Part shown: positions 26,412 through 36,880 of the stretch, in pieces | Layout of the letters: the number at the start of each line of letters is the position of its first letter | Numbering within the stretch: position 1 is the stretch's first letter | DNA from: a virus | Lineage: Duplodnaviria > Caudoviricetes | DNA length: 60,368 bases | Strand: one strand, 5' to 3' | Virus record (IMG/VR): IMGVR_UViG_3300028840_001367 | Span: 1-60,368 of that record | Translations under genes and position numbers: made by a program | Notes under the pieces: generated by a model | Database searches by the model: none | What the model was told of the DNA's origin: nothing | What the model saw: the letters and a program-made list of their open reading frames with translations, nothing else

Positions 26412-27286
26412 GGTGCTGCCTCAAGCAACAGAAACTCACCAGCCAGTATGAGTGCCTCACCAAGACTCTTGACAATGCGCTTGTGAGTCTCAGTTGCAAT
26501 CTGGTCAACCAAGTCTGGTGGCAGAGGTGTCACGGTTGGCACTGGTGTTGGTGTGGTTGGGTCTGGTGTTGGTGTGACGGTTGGTGTGCTGGTTGGGTTT
26601 GGTGTGGGTGTTGGCTCTGGCTCACCCTCTTGCACCAAGGATAGATCGTCAACATATGCGTTGTTGTGTTTCATGGGCCATTCTGCTTGACCCCACACAA
26701 AGACGGTTGCACGGTCAGAGCGTGCAATTGTGCTCACTGTAAGCTCAAAGTACTGGTCATAGGGTTGCACCGTCTCAGACCAGACAATGTCAAGGCTTTC
26801 AGGGTCAGTACCACCATAGGGGTCAATGCCAACCCTCAGACGGTACTTGCCATCACTGACCCTTGGGTTGTCGTGACTGGCAGACCACGCTTGCACCCAA
26901 CCATTGAGCGTGAGTTGTCTGCCAACAGAGAGACCGTCAACCCTCTGCCAGATACCAGCAGTGTGTGTTGCATAGTTGTTGAACCATTGATGAGCCTTGG
27001 TGCCTGAGTGTATACGGTGCCTGTCAATAGCATACTCTGCAATCTTGTACTCTGGTCTGGTGTCAGTCTCATGCCACCAAGCACGCCAGTACTTTGCCAC
27101 AAAGAGTTGTGGCACACCGTCTTGGTAGTACCCACCAAGCTCAGCACCACCGTTGACCAGCAAGTTGTTGGTTGGCAGTGCCTCTGCTGTGTGCATGTTG
27201 TTGCTGAGGGTGACAGAGCCAGCAACAATGGCAGCAATGCACCCCACTATGATCAAGGTGAGTGTGAGTTGTGCTCTCTTGCTCAT
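26408..27286 (-). CDS. Signal-anchored carbohydrate-binding-like beta-sandwich protein with Pro/Thr linker
   Basis: N-terminal TM; NLLVNGG.E...AYVDDLSL CBM-like ends; PTPTP linker. Confidence 0.7.
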   Translation of the reverse strand: MSKRAQLTLTLIIVGCIAAIVAGSVTLSNNMHTAEALPTNNLLVNGGAELGGYYQDGVPQLFVAKYWRAWWHETDTRPEYKIAEYAIDRHRIHSGTKAHQWFNNYATHTAGIWQRVDGLSVGRQLTLNGWVQAWSASHDNPRVSDGKYRLRVGIDPYGGTDPESLDIVWSETVQPYDQYFELTVSTIARSDRATVFVWGQAEWPMKHNNAYVDDLSLVQEGEPEPTPTPNPTSTPTVTPTPDPTTPTPVPTVTPLPPDLVDQIATETHKRIVKSLGEALILAGEFLLLEAAP

Positions 27287-27630
27287 TGTGGCACCTCTTT
27301 TGGCTTGCTGAGTGCAAGGTGCCCATGAAACTGCTGGCTTGACAGGTACGTGGTTGCAATGACAGCAAAGAGCGTGGTGAGCCAGTCTTGTGGCGTGGCT
27401 GGTACTTTTTCAAGTCCAAGCCAGAGCAGCAGAAAGTATGCACCAATGGACAAGACAGAGGCAATTGCCAGCACAAGCCAACGCTTTGCCCATGCAACCA
27501 ACTCTTTGGCTTTGGGCCAAAGCATCTCAACCCAATGCTCCCATACCCAAAAGGCCAAAAAGCCAGCACCACCAAGGGTGACAATCCACACCAGAAAGCG
27601 TGGCAGCAATCCAAGATCAAGGTCAAGCAT
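27283..27630 (-). CDS. Putative holin
   Basis: 115 aa with about 3 TM segments, downstream of tail genes. Confidence 0.65.
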   Translation of the reverse strand: MLDLDLGLLPRFLVWIVTLGGAGFLAFWVWEHWVEMLWPKAKELVAWAKRWLVLAIASVLSIGAYFLLLWLGLEKVPATPQDWLTTLFAVIATTYLSSQQFHGHLALSKPKEVPQ

Positions 27631-27642
27631 GATACTCTCCTC

Positions 27643-28290
27643 TCATTGTATGAGTGTGACAAACTTTGCAAACAAGTCAGCAAGTTGCTGAGCGTCTGCA
27701 CCAAGTACAACCAAAAACAACACAACTGAGGCAACACCAGTCACCTTGAGCCAGTTGTGATACGCTTTCATTTTAGCACTGTATTCTGTGAGCTTGGCAC
27801 TGTACTCTGTCATTTTAGTGCTGCACTCTGCCATGACCGTCTGCACGTGCTCAAGCTCAGTCTTGACTTTTGCAAGCTCTGCCTTGAGACTCTCAATGAG
27901 ACGGTCTTTGAGTATCTGTCTGCCATAACGGTTGAGGATTGCTTGCACTGCTGCTGCTGGCACTGGCTTTGGCACAACGTTGTCTGCACCTCTGACCAGC
28001 ATGGCAATCTCAATCTCTCTGGTGACGTACCCTGAGATTATGCAGCAAGGTCCATGTCTCTGGTTGAGCCAACTGTCAAGCACAATGCTGCCAGCATCCT
28101 CTTGAGCACCAAAGTGCAAGTCAAGCAAGAGTATGTCTGGTTGGTCAGACTCAATGGCTTTGATTGCAGCACTCACGCTTGAGGCAGTGTCAGTGTCAAA
28201 GCCAAGACTGGTGGCAATTCTGGCAAGCAGCGTGGCAATGATTGGCTCATCGTCTGCAATAAGTACTTTGATCTGTTGGGATTGAAACAA
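27643..28290 (-). CDS. Response-regulator receiver domain fused to coiled-coil and C-terminal TM
   Basis: VLIADDE, PDILLLDL, IISG, GADNVVPKP; then heptads and VTGVASVVLFLVVLGA. Confidence 0.85.
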   Translation of the reverse strand: MFQSQQIKVLIADDEPIIATLLARIATSLGFDTDTASSVSAAIKAIESDQPDILLLDLHFGAQEDAGSIVLDSWLNQRHGPCCIISGYVTREIEIAMLVRGADNVVPKPVPAAAVQAILNRYGRQILKDRLIESLKAELAKVKTELEHVQTVMAECSTKMTEYSAKLTEYSAKMKAYHNWLKVTGVASVVLFLVVLGADAQQLADLFAKFVTLIQ

Positions 28291-28299
28291 GAGAACACC

Positions 28300-28584
28300 T
28301 CACAGACTGATAATGAGCCTCAGACGGTCAAGTGTCTCACGTCTGCCAGCAGCGTCAAGCCAAGTGTGCATGTCGTCAAATATGGTCACAAAGGTCTGCA
28401 CATCCTCAATGGTTGCCTCAATGCCAGCAGCGTCAAGGTCTGCTTGTGTTAGCTCATCAGAGCCACCAGACTCATACCCTCTTGACTCAAAGACCCTTGC
28501 CAACTCCTCACACATCCTCTCAAAGTTGGCAAAGTCTGTTGTGCCTTGCCTGACCCTGCTTGCAAAGTCTGCTTTATTTGACAT
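28300..28584 (-). CDS. Hypothetical protein (post-tail-fibre)
   Basis: RBS GAGG; 94 aa. Confidence 0.75.
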   Translation of the reverse strand: MSNKADFASRVRQGTTDFANFERMCEELARVFESRGYESGGSDELTQADLDAAGIEATIEDVQTFVTIFDDMHTWLDAAGRRETLDRLRLIISL

Positions 28585-28596
28585 GTCTGCCTCTTT

Positions 28597-29853
28597 CTAA
28601 TTGACCTTTGTGATTGTAAGCTGTGATCGATAGGTACCACCATACAAGTACAAGCTGGCACTGCTCTCTGATTGGTATGTCAATTGTACATAATCGGCAG
28701 CAGACAAGGTCTTAACACATGACCCTGACATACGCCTCTCATCTTGACTTGCAAGCTCTTGGATCAAAGTACCACCAACATAAAGGTAAATTGTACAAAC
28801 AGCACCAGAGACATAGTTGATCCAAAGTGACACCTCAACTCTATATGTACCATCCTCTGGCACATGGCATCTCGTGTTGCTGGTTGAAAGGTAAAAACCA
28901 CCCTCTTGCCAACGAATAGAAAAAGGTACATTAGTACCAGCAATACCAGTTGTTGTCATAGAGCATTGGCAGTGCTTTGCCTTGCTGCTCTGAAAGTACC
29001 CGGCTGTTGTCTCAACATCACCACTTGCACGAATCTCACCAGTCACAGGATCACCAGAGACATTGACGTGCAAGCCACCGTCAAGTGTCACGTCATCTGT
29101 GTATGGTGTGCCAGCAGTGTTGCCAACGTGCAGACCCTCACCAATAGCAAGGTCATTGCCAAAGTAAGAGGTGCCACCATGAGCCACAAAGAGACGTACA
29201 CCACCACCACTTGATCGCACCTCAAAAATAGACTCACCACTTGCGGGGTTAACGCCAGTGCGTGCAATGAGACCCTGTGAGCCAGCACCACCACCACCAC
29301 CACGCTCAAGGAAAAAGTATGATGAGCCATCATATGACTCTATAACACCACGTGCAACAGTGCCAGCGTCAATGCCAACAATCAGACCGTCTGACATTGA
29401 CACCTCATTGGTAAAATGTTGACGTTGACTTGAGGCACCAGTGCGTGCACCAGAGGCAAGCAAGTACTGTGCATGGTCATCGTCACCAAGACCAGACAGG
29501 GTGCCATGATCATAGTCTGTCAGAGCGTCAACAGAGAGTTGCCCACCACCAGCATTATCCTCATGATCGTGCACCAGTGAGCCACCACCAGCAGAGAGGC
29601 TTGCCCATGTAACTTGTGTCCAAGCTGGCAGTGTGCCACCAGGGTTGACAAAGAGCACATAATTGGCATTGCCAATTGGCAGCAATGACCAGTCTGGCGT
29701 GCTGTCAGCAGTGACCATGTCACCCTCTGCTGTGGGTGAGGGTGTCACGCCAGATGTGTCATTCTGCTCAATCCTCTCAAGCTCAGCAACTCGCTGCTCA
29801 AGATTCTTGATGTGTGAGAGCAAGCTTTCAAGCTCTGCTTGGGTGACTGTCAC
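28597..29853 (-). CDS. Tail fibre/receptor-binding protein with C1q-like head
   Basis: N-terminal coiled coil, H.L.GLGDDDH.QY motif, C-terminal VPEDG.Y.V...LSAADYV. Confidence 0.75.
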   Translation of the reverse strand: MTVTQAELESLLSHIKNLEQRVAELERIEQNDTSGVTPSPTAEGDMVTADSTPDWSLLPIGNANYVLFVNPGGTLPAWTQVTWASLSAGGGSLVHDHEDNAGGGQLSVDALTDYDHGTLSGLGDDDHAQYLLASGARTGASSQRQHFTNEVSMSDGLIVGIDAGTVARGVIESYDGSSYFFLERGGGGGAGSQGLIARTGVNPASGESIFEVRSSGGGVRLFVAHGGTSYFGNDLAIGEGLHVGNTAGTPYTDDVTLDGGLHVNVSGDPVTGEIRASGDVETTAGYFQSSKAKHCQCSMTTTGIAGTNVPFSIRWQEGGFYLSTSNTRCHVPEDGTYRVEVSLWINYVSGAVCTIYLYVGGTLIQELASQDERRMSGSCVKTLSAADYVQLTYQSESSASLYLYGGTYRSQLTITKVN

Positions 29854-29855
29854 TG

Positions 29856-31007
29856 CTATTGCTCCTCAATTATGAGCTTGATTGACTCAATGGGACTTGA
29901 GCCACGGTTGTCAATGGCAACGTCAACACCAGTGATCTTGAAAGTACCCTCAATGGTGCCGTAAGCTGGTGAGTCATAGCGTGCATACACAAGGTCACCA
30001 ATGTCACCACCAACGCAATAGTCATCACCATACGCACTGCCAGCAGTCTGCACTGGTACAAAGTCAAAACGGTCTCTGGCTTGCAAGTCATCAAGCTTGC
30101 GGTCACCAGCAGCGTTGAGTGCTGTGGTGTTGCCTTTCTCAATGCCAGAGGCATTGACATACACCTCAATGTCATTGGCAGCAGCATAGTTGGTGCCAGT
30201 GCGTACAACATAGTCTCTGTCAGACTCCTCACCCTTGCCACCAACAATGGCAACTGTCCTCTCTCTCATACGGTCAAGGGTGTACGTTGGGTTGAGCATG
30301 TTGCCAAAGTTGAGCATAAAGCGTACAGAGTCAGACCTATCTGTACCTCTCTGACCCTCATACCATCTGAACTCCCATGAGGGTGACCCTGGTGACCCTG
30401 TGTAGATCAAGTCAATGTCACCACCACCTTTGGTGCCAGTGCACTTGCTCAGAGCGTCAAGCAATGGTTTGTTGGTCACCCCAAGACTTGATATTGTGTC
30501 ACCACCACCAGAGCCAGCCTCAATGGTGATTGTAAAGTTGGTGATTGCGCCAGCACGGTGCCTACCATTGCCAGTTGTGGCATTGGCTGTTGCGTTATAG
30601 TTAACAATATCCTTGGCAATATCCTCAGCTTGGTCACCAGTAAAGCTGCTCTTGCCATCCTCACCAGCAGGGTATGCCACAATGCGCCAGTTGAGCACCC
30701 CAAGCTGTGAGTGACCACCAGCCTTGAAAAAGTCAATGTCATTGGCATTATACACTTGTGGTGCACGGTACACACCATAAAAGTCAGTGTACCAGTCAAT
30801 CCCCCAATCAATGACTCTCCTCCTCACCTCAACCAAGTCTTTGTCAGAGATTGTGCCAGCAAGGTCATGGTCACCACCAAGCAGCACAGACCAGACAGAG
30901 TCAGCGTTGACCCTCTTTGAGTATGTCAGGGTCAAAAAGTCTGTGACAAGGGCAATTCTGTACCCATCACTGTCTCTCACAATGAGTTGGTGTTGCGTCT
31001 GAGGCAT
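29856..31007 (-). CDS. Siphovirus minor tail/baseplate hub protein (ReqiPepy6 gp37-like)
   Basis: GTDRS..V.F...FGN, VAIVGGKGE..DR, YG.DY..GD.V. Confidence 0.8.
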   Translation of the reverse strand: MPQTQHQLIVRDSDGYRIALVTDFLTLTYSKRVNADSVWSVLLGGDHDLAGTISDKDLVEVRRRVIDWGIDWYTDFYGVYRAPQVYNANDIDFFKAGGHSQLGVLNWRIVAYPAGEDGKSSFTGDQAEDIAKDIVNYNATANATTGNGRHRAGAITNFTITIEAGSGGGDTISSLGVTNKPLLDALSKCTGTKGGGDIDLIYTGSPGSPSWEFRWYEGQRGTDRSDSVRFMLNFGNMLNPTYTLDRMRERTVAIVGGKGEESDRDYVVRTGTNYAAANDIEVYVNASGIEKGNTTALNAAGDRKLDDLQARDRFDFVPVQTAGSAYGDDYCVGGDIGDLVYARYDSPAYGTIEGTFKITGVDVAIDNRGSSPIESIKLIIEEQ

Positions 31008-31026
31008 TTTGACACCTTGCTGTCAA

Positions 31027-31575
31027 CTATTGCTGACTTGGACACACCAGTCTGGTCACCCTGGTACCGTCTGTGTACTGGTCACAAGGTGTGGTCTCAT
31101 TGAGCCAGTATACCTCACCCTCAATGAGCCAGTCAAGTTGGTCAGACTGCACTGGTTGAGGTGTACTGGTTGGCAGAGGTGTTGGCTCTGGTGTGACCAG
31201 AGACGGTTGCTCAGAGTCAAACCACTTATGCACCAGCCATTGAGCACCACCAGTAAAAAAGAGGTGTATGGTTGTCCAAGTCTCATGGTACATTGGCACA
31301 CTTGGGTCTGGCAGCGTCTCAGCACAGACAGGCAAGCCACGCTGCTCTGGTGCAACATAGTACTTGACCATGTTGTACCCGTTTTGGTGGTGCTCAGCAG
31401 CAATCTTGCTGACACAGCCAATTGGCAATGGTGTTGGCTCTGGTGTTGGCTCTGGTCTCACTGGTGACACTGGTGAGACTTGAGCCAGCGTCTCTGGCTG
31501 GTACGCACTGAGCAGTGCTGCTGCAATGACCAGTGTTGCTGCTGCAATCTTGAGCAAGTCAGATGCTTTTGGCAT
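31027..31575 (-). CDS. Secreted protein with signal peptide and PEPTP repeats
   Basis: Signal-like N-terminus ...TLAQ; two PEPTPLP motifs. Confidence 0.7.
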   Translation of the reverse strand: MPKASDLLKIAAATLVIAAALLSAYQPETLAQVSPVSPVRPEPTPEPTPLPIGCVSKIAAEHHQNGYNMVKYYVAPEQRGLPVCAETLPDPSVPMYHETWTTIHLFFTGGAQWLVHKWFDSEQPSLVTPEPTPLPTSTPQPVQSDQLDWLIEGEVYWLNETTPCDQYTDGTRVTRLVCPSQQ

Positions 31576-31590
31576 TGTGTACTCTCCCTT

Positions 31591-33189
31591 TTAGGTTGGC
31601 AGTCTCTTTGTCATTCTGTAAATCAAGCACTGAAAATATATGTCAGCGTTGTATGTGTCACTGGCATGTGTGGCGTCTCTCTCCCAAGTGATCATGAGGT
31701 ATGTGCCATTGCCCGGATTGGGGCCAGTGCGACCAGCCACAACAATCATGTCAGTTGTGCTCAAGGTGTTGACATCTTGTGCCCATGACCCTGTGTACCT
31801 TGTCTGGTCATAAAGGGTACCACCACCACCTTGTGTCCATTGCCAGCGTTGGTATATCTTTGAGCTTGAGATACCAGTGCCAATGCAGTACACTGCATAC
31901 ACGTACCCATCATAACTTGACCAAGCATGGTCTGGCATATAGATTGAGCCAATGACCTTGCTGTGCTTGCCATTGGGCAAGATCAAGCCACGCTCATTGT
32001 TGACCCAAGATATGACTGTGCTGTCTGTGACGTTGTAGGCACCAAGCAATTGGCACTGTCTGTACTCATTGCAAGAGTTTATTCTGAGACCACTTGAGCC
32101 AAGCAGCAACCCACTGGTGTATGAGGCATCATCAAGGTCAATTCTGAGATTGCCTGCTAGATCGTCCTCAAGACCCCAACCGTCAATGTCTGATGGGTCA
32201 ACGCTCAGAGCACTGCCAGCACCACCGTCAAGACCATTGCCAGCAATGGCAGCAGCAATCTGGTCAACACCAATACCAGCGTCTTTGACTTGCAAGATGT
32301 CTGTTGCAATCTCAAGAGTTGTGTTGTCAGGGTTGACAGCCAGTGCAGCACCACCACCACCAGTCAGACCGTCACCAGCAACACTGGTGGCAATCTTGGT
32401 CTCATCGACAGCAGCAGTGCCAAGCTTAGCAGTTGTAATACCAAGGTCTTTGACTCTGAGAGTGTCTGTGTCAATCTCAATGGTTGAGCCATCCACGTTG
32501 ACGCTCAGAGCACTGCCAGCACCACCAGACAAACCGTCACCAGCCACGCTTGCTGCCAGAGCGTCTGAGTCAATGCCAGCGTCTTTGACTCTCAGGGTGT
32601 CAGCATTGGTCTCAATGGTTGCGTCATCCACGTTGACAGAGAGCACAGAGCCATCACCACCAGCCAGACCGTCACCAGCAACAGCAGCGTCAAGCATGTT
32701 CTCGTCAACTGCTATGTTGGGGTGCACATACTCTCTGGTGTCTGTGACCGTGATGACACCACCAGTTGTGACTTGCAGCGTGGCAAGCGAGATCTCCCAA
32801 GTGACACCGTCTGATTGTGTCACTGCTGGTGGTGTGCCAAGACCCTCAGTGCCAGTGAGCACTGCAATTCTCACGGTCTGTGCAGCCCAACCAGCTTGCA
32901 GCACAACACGGTCATACCTTGTGGCAGCAGAGGGTGTTGCAATGGTCTTGTTGACTGCTGAGGTGTTCCAGTATGGTATGCCATACACAGAGGCAGCACC
33001 AGTGTCAATCTGTATTGGCGTGCTGGTGCCAGTTACCTCAAGCTCATTTTGGTATGTCTTGTGCACACCCTCTGTGGTGTTGTCACCAAGCAACCATTGC
33101 CTCAACCATCTGAATACCTCTGCTTGAGTGTATGGTGTGGCACCGTCACCAGTGCTGCCAGTTGTCCACATCAATGACTTTTCTGCCAT
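31591..33189 (-). CDS. Upper baseplate/tail fibre protein with about four 44-aa repeats
   Basis: RYDRVVL...WEISLA baseplate N-domain; repeats VAGDGL.GG.GS.LSVNVD..TIE...DTLRVKD.GI. Confidence 0.8.
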   Translation of the reverse strand: MAEKSLMWTTGSTGDGATPYTQAEVFRWLRQWLLGDNTTEGVHKTYQNELEVTGTSTPIQIDTGAASVYGIPYWNTSAVNKTIATPSAATRYDRVVLQAGWAAQTVRIAVLTGTEGLGTPPAVTQSDGVTWEISLATLQVTTGGVITVTDTREYVHPNIAVDENMLDAAVAGDGLAGGDGSVLSVNVDDATIETNADTLRVKDAGIDSDALAASVAGDGLSGGAGSALSVNVDGSTIEIDTDTLRVKDLGITTAKLGTAAVDETKIATSVAGDGLTGGGGAALAVNPDNTTLEIATDILQVKDAGIGVDQIAAAIAGNGLDGGAGSALSVDPSDIDGWGLEDDLAGNLRIDLDDASYTSGLLLGSSGLRINSCNEYRQCQLLGAYNVTDSTVISWVNNERGLILPNGKHSKVIGSIYMPDHAWSSYDGYVYAVYCIGTGISSSKIYQRWQWTQGGGGTLYDQTRYTGSWAQDVNTLSTTDMIVVAGRTGPNPGNGTYLMITWERDATHASDTYNADIYFQCLIYRMTKRLPT

Positions 33190-33205
33190 GTCTCACCTCT
33201 CTGGC

Positions 33206-34099
33206 TTATATGCCAAGGTACCTTGTCTTGTACCTCAAAAAGATCTCAGTTGCCTCAGTCACACCAGAGCCAGTCACTTGTATATCATTGTCTTTGCTGG
33301 CATTGTTAAGCACTGGTGGCTCAAGGTGAAAAGTACCAAGGTCTGAGTCATCCGTAAGGTCTGCAATCTGGCTCACACCACTTGAGTCTGTGACTGTCTT
33401 GTATCCGTACCTTGTGTCAATCTCATAATAGTCACCAGCACCAATGGTTGTGCCAGTAAAGTCTAGTACTTCATCTGTGGTCAAGTTGGTTATGACACAG
33501 TCAGTGATTGGGCCAACAATCTTGATTATAGGGTTGGTCTGCCATGAGCCAGCATAGGCAATTGACTTTGTGATGTCAATGGTACTGGCACCAATCTGCC
33601 AAGGGATCTCAAGTGGTATGTCAAAAGCGTCTGACCCACCACCAATGCCATATGTCTCACTCTGCTCATTAGGGTCATACCAAGTTGGGTCTGGTGCCCT
33701 AAACTCAACACTTGCTCTGTCAGCAAAAGCTGAGCGTCTGTTGCTTGGGTACGTCAAGCCACCAACAGCATTGCAGTCAATTGAGCGTACATCCCCATTT
33801 TGGAACGTGAAGCGCAACTCAAAGAGAGACTCTGTTGACTTGAACACTCTGACAAGCTCATCTCTCTTGTCCCAATACCCTCTGAAAGTTTGACCGTCAA
33901 CCTTGAATTGCAGCACAAAGTTGCGTGGTCTCAGGGTGCGACCACGGTCAGTTGCACCGTGCTGTTGGGCACCTCTGGTCTCATGACGCTGCAAGGGTGA
34001 GAGACCAAGGCCAGTGTCACCAACCACGTTGTAACCGTTGTCTTGCAGCACAAAGCTGTCAGCGTCAATGTGTACGCTCAAGTTATACCCACCACTCAT
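33206..34099 (-). CDS. Distal tail protein (Dit)
   Basis: Follows tape measure; FRAPDPTWY, C-terminal RYLGI. Confidence 0.8.
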   Translation of the reverse strand: MSGGYNLSVHIDADSFVLQDNGYNVVGDTGLGLSPLQRHETRGAQQHGATDRGRTLRPRNFVLQFKVDGQTFRGYWDKRDELVRVFKSTESLFELRFTFQNGDVRSIDCNAVGGLTYPSNRRSAFADRASVEFRAPDPTWYDPNEQSETYGIGGGSDAFDIPLEIPWQIGASTIDITKSIAYAGSWQTNPIIKIVGPITDCVITNLTTDEVLDFTGTTIGAGDYYEIDTRYGYKTVTDSSGVSQIADLTDDSDLGTFHLEPPVLNNASKDNDIQVTGSGVTEATEIFLRYKTRYLGI

Positions 34100-34108
34100 T
34101 GACTCACC

Positions 34109-36880
34109 TCACGTTGTGGCAACACTCTGCTCAAGCTGCAAAAAGCGCACTTGGTCAATCAAGGTACGCTCATCTTGGTGAGCATAGTTTGCCTCAAGGT
34201 TGTATGTGTCACCCTCTTTGATCTGTGTCACTGCCTCTTGGTTGACCCTTGGCACCACTTCTGCAAAGAGATTGTCAATGCTCTGCATGACGCTGTCTGC
34301 ACTCTGCTCAATGCCAACACCAACACCCTCACCAAAAGGCTCACCAATCTCTTTTGCTGCCAGCTTGCTTGGTGACTCAATGCCAAGAAACTCTTTGGCA
34401 GCTTTGAGTGCTGCTGCTGCTGCCTCTGCTGCTTTCTTTGCCAGATTGCCAGCAGCGTCAACAATACCTTTGCCAATACCGTCAACAATGTCTGTACCAA
34501 GCTGCAACCAGTCAGCATCTTTGAACCAAGAGATTATGTCTTTGATCATCTTGACAACTTGACTGTCCTCACCACCAACAAGGTCAGTGTATAGCTCAAC
34601 GAAAAAGCCAACAATGCCAGTGATGAGACCAGCAACAGCCTCAAGCACACCAACGCTCATGCCAACAAAAAAGTCAATGACCGTCTGTATAAAGCTGGAA
34701 ACAGCAAGCTCAATACCCTCAATCATGCCATCCATGCCAGCTTTCATCTGCTCTTGGTTGCCAGTAAAGAGACCTTGCAGCAATTCCCAAAAGCCAGTGA
34801 GAAACATGACAATACCAGCAAAGACTTGCATGACGTTCTCTGCAAGGTTGAAAAACACCTCAATGAGATTGCCAATTAGAATGGTCACACCGTTGACCAG
34901 ACCCACCACCACAGAGATTATAAAGAGGATGATTGCACCAATGGCAGCAGCAACAATGCCAATAGCTTGCTTGATTGCTTGCCACACGTCTTGCCAATCA
35001 TACCCAAGGTCATTGAGGGTACCAGTGAGCAACTCAAAGATCTCTTTGAGATTGGGCCAAACTTGGTCAACAATGACTGCTGTGACTGCTGTCACAATGC
35101 TCTGTATAACTGTCCAAGCTGTCAGAGCAACTGCTTGGATTGTGGGCCAATACTCAAGCCAAGTTGCATACAACTCACCAAGTACCTCAAGTGCCTCTGG
35201 TACCGTCTCTCTGAAAAACTGAGCAATGGTCTCGATCCATGGCATGTCCATGTCCTCAGCAAGCGTGCTGAAAAAGTCAGCAGTGCTGCCAAAGTCAAGC
35301 TCAGCAATGTCTGCAAAGATCTCTGCAAAGTCTGTCTCTGTGAGGATTGCAAAGAGAGCACTTGCTTTCTCACCAACCGTGGTGAAAAACTCAACCACTG
35401 GTGGGCCATATGTCTCTGCCATACCTTGTGCCCACAAAGCCAAGTCTTGCAGCACTGGCAACAGACCCTCACCAATGCCAATCAAGAGCGTCTCTTTGAC
35501 ACCGTCAAGACCCTCAAGGGCACCAGCCAGAGTGTCTGCCTTGATTGCAGCTTGCTCTTGAGTACCCATGGCATCCTCAGTTGCCTCTGCCATGTCATCC
35601 CAACCCTCAACACCCTCAGACAGCAAGGTCTGCATTGCTTTCATGCCAAAGGTACCAGCAAGGGTCTGGATTGCTTGGTTGCGTTGCTCCTCAGTGAGAG
35701 TCTGCATTGTGGTCACAGCAGTACCCTGGATTGACTCAAGGTCTGCAATGGCAGTGCCAGCGTTGGCAAGCTGCTCTTGCAAGTTTGCCAGCTTTTCTGC
35801 TCTGGCATCCTCAGTGAGATTGACACCCTTTATACCCATCTCATAATCACTGATTGTCTGAGCAGTGCTGTTGTATATCTTTTGCAATCTCTCAAGCTGA
35901 GCTTGCTGCTCTTGAGTGCGACCACCAACCATTGTGGTCACCTCATTGGCACCCATCATTGCTTGCTCAAAGCTGCCAATGATCTGTGGCAGACTCCTCA
36001 AGGTACCGTCTGTGTTGTACAAGTCAACGTTGAGAGCAGCAAGTGAGTCTTTGACTTGGTCTGTTGGTCTCATGATGTTGGTGAGCATTGACTTGAGTGC
36101 AGTACCAGCCTCAGCACCCTTGATCCCTCTGGTTGAGAGAATTGCCAAAGCGTTGTTTGTGTCCTCAAGAGTGAAACCAAAAGACGCTGCTGTTGGTCCC
36201 ACAGCACCCAAGGCAGCAGTCAAGTCACTCACGTCTGCAACACTGGCGTCTGCACTCTTGACAAAGTTGTCCAGAGCACCAACGATCCATTGGTCAACCG
36301 TCTGACCAGTTGCCTCTGCTTGCCCACCAAAAGTTGCAATGGTTGTGGCAGCAAGCTCTGAGGCTTGCACCATGTCAAGCTCACTGGCAGCAGCAAGATC
36401 AATGCTGGCTCTGAGTGCACCAGCCAAGTCAGCAGTGCCACCAAGGTACCCTTGCACGTCACCAAAGATTTGTGTTGTGTCCAGACCAGCCTTGTACAGA
36501 TTGACCATTGACTCAGCAGCACCAGAGGCAGACACACCAAGCAAGCTGGTATCACCACCAACAGTCATGGCAGCAGCATGCAAGTCTTGCATGGACAAGT
36601 CAGCATTGCCAGCAGCAATCTGCAAGTCTGCCATGCTTGACTGAAAGTCTGAGGCAATGCCAACAGACTCATCAAGCACATCCATGACCTCACTCATGGC
36701 ACCCTTGGCAATGTCCACAGCACCTTGCACAAGTGCCATGAAACCTTGGGCAATAATGTTACCCATTGCAACAGCCCAAGAGTCAGCTTGCTTCTGAGTG
36801 TCTGCAAAGGTTGCCTTGACCCCACTATCGTCACCATCAATGGGTATGACAAGCCTCTGTATTACAATCTCGTCAGCCAC
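34109..36880 (-). CDS. Tape measure protein
   Basis: 923 aa; TP901-type GIKGAEAGTALKSML core, amphipathic repeats, LGIESPSK. Confidence 0.95.
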   Translation of the reverse strand: MADEIVIQRLVIPIDGDDSGVKATFADTQKQADSWAVAMGNIIAQGFMALVQGAVDIAKGAMSEVMDVLDESVGIASDFQSSMADLQIAAGNADLSMQDLHAAAMTVGGDTSLLGVSASGAAESMVNLYKAGLDTTQIFGDVQGYLGGTADLAGALRASIDLAAASELDMVQASELAATTIATFGGQAEATGQTVDQWIVGALDNFVKSADASVADVSDLTAALGAVGPTAASFGFTLEDTNNALAILSTRGIKGAEAGTALKSMLTNIMRPTDQVKDSLAALNVDLYNTDGTLRSLPQIIGSFEQAMMGANEVTTMVGGRTQEQQAQLERLQKIYNSTAQTISDYEMGIKGVNLTEDARAEKLANLQEQLANAGTAIADLESIQGTAVTTMQTLTEEQRNQAIQTLAGTFGMKAMQTLLSEGVEGWDDMAEATEDAMGTQEQAAIKADTLAGALEGLDGVKETLLIGIGEGLLPVLQDLALWAQGMAETYGPPVVEFFTTVGEKASALFAILTETDFAEIFADIAELDFGSTADFFSTLAEDMDMPWIETIAQFFRETVPEALEVLGELYATWLEYWPTIQAVALTAWTVIQSIVTAVTAVIVDQVWPNLKEIFELLTGTLNDLGYDWQDVWQAIKQAIGIVAAAIGAIILFIISVVVGLVNGVTILIGNLIEVFFNLAENVMQVFAGIVMFLTGFWELLQGLFTGNQEQMKAGMDGMIEGIELAVSSFIQTVIDFFVGMSVGVLEAVAGLITGIVGFFVELYTDLVGGEDSQVVKMIKDIISWFKDADWLQLGTDIVDGIGKGIVDAAGNLAKKAAEAAAAALKAAKEFLGIESPSKLAAKEIGEPFGEGVGVGIEQSADSVMQSIDNLFAEVVPRVNQEAVTQIKEGDTYNLEANYAHQDERTLIDQVRFLQLEQSVATT

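Noticed and set aside
28597-33189. Diversity-generating retroelement targeting tail fibres
   Set aside because: No reverse transcriptase and no template/variable repeat pair seen.
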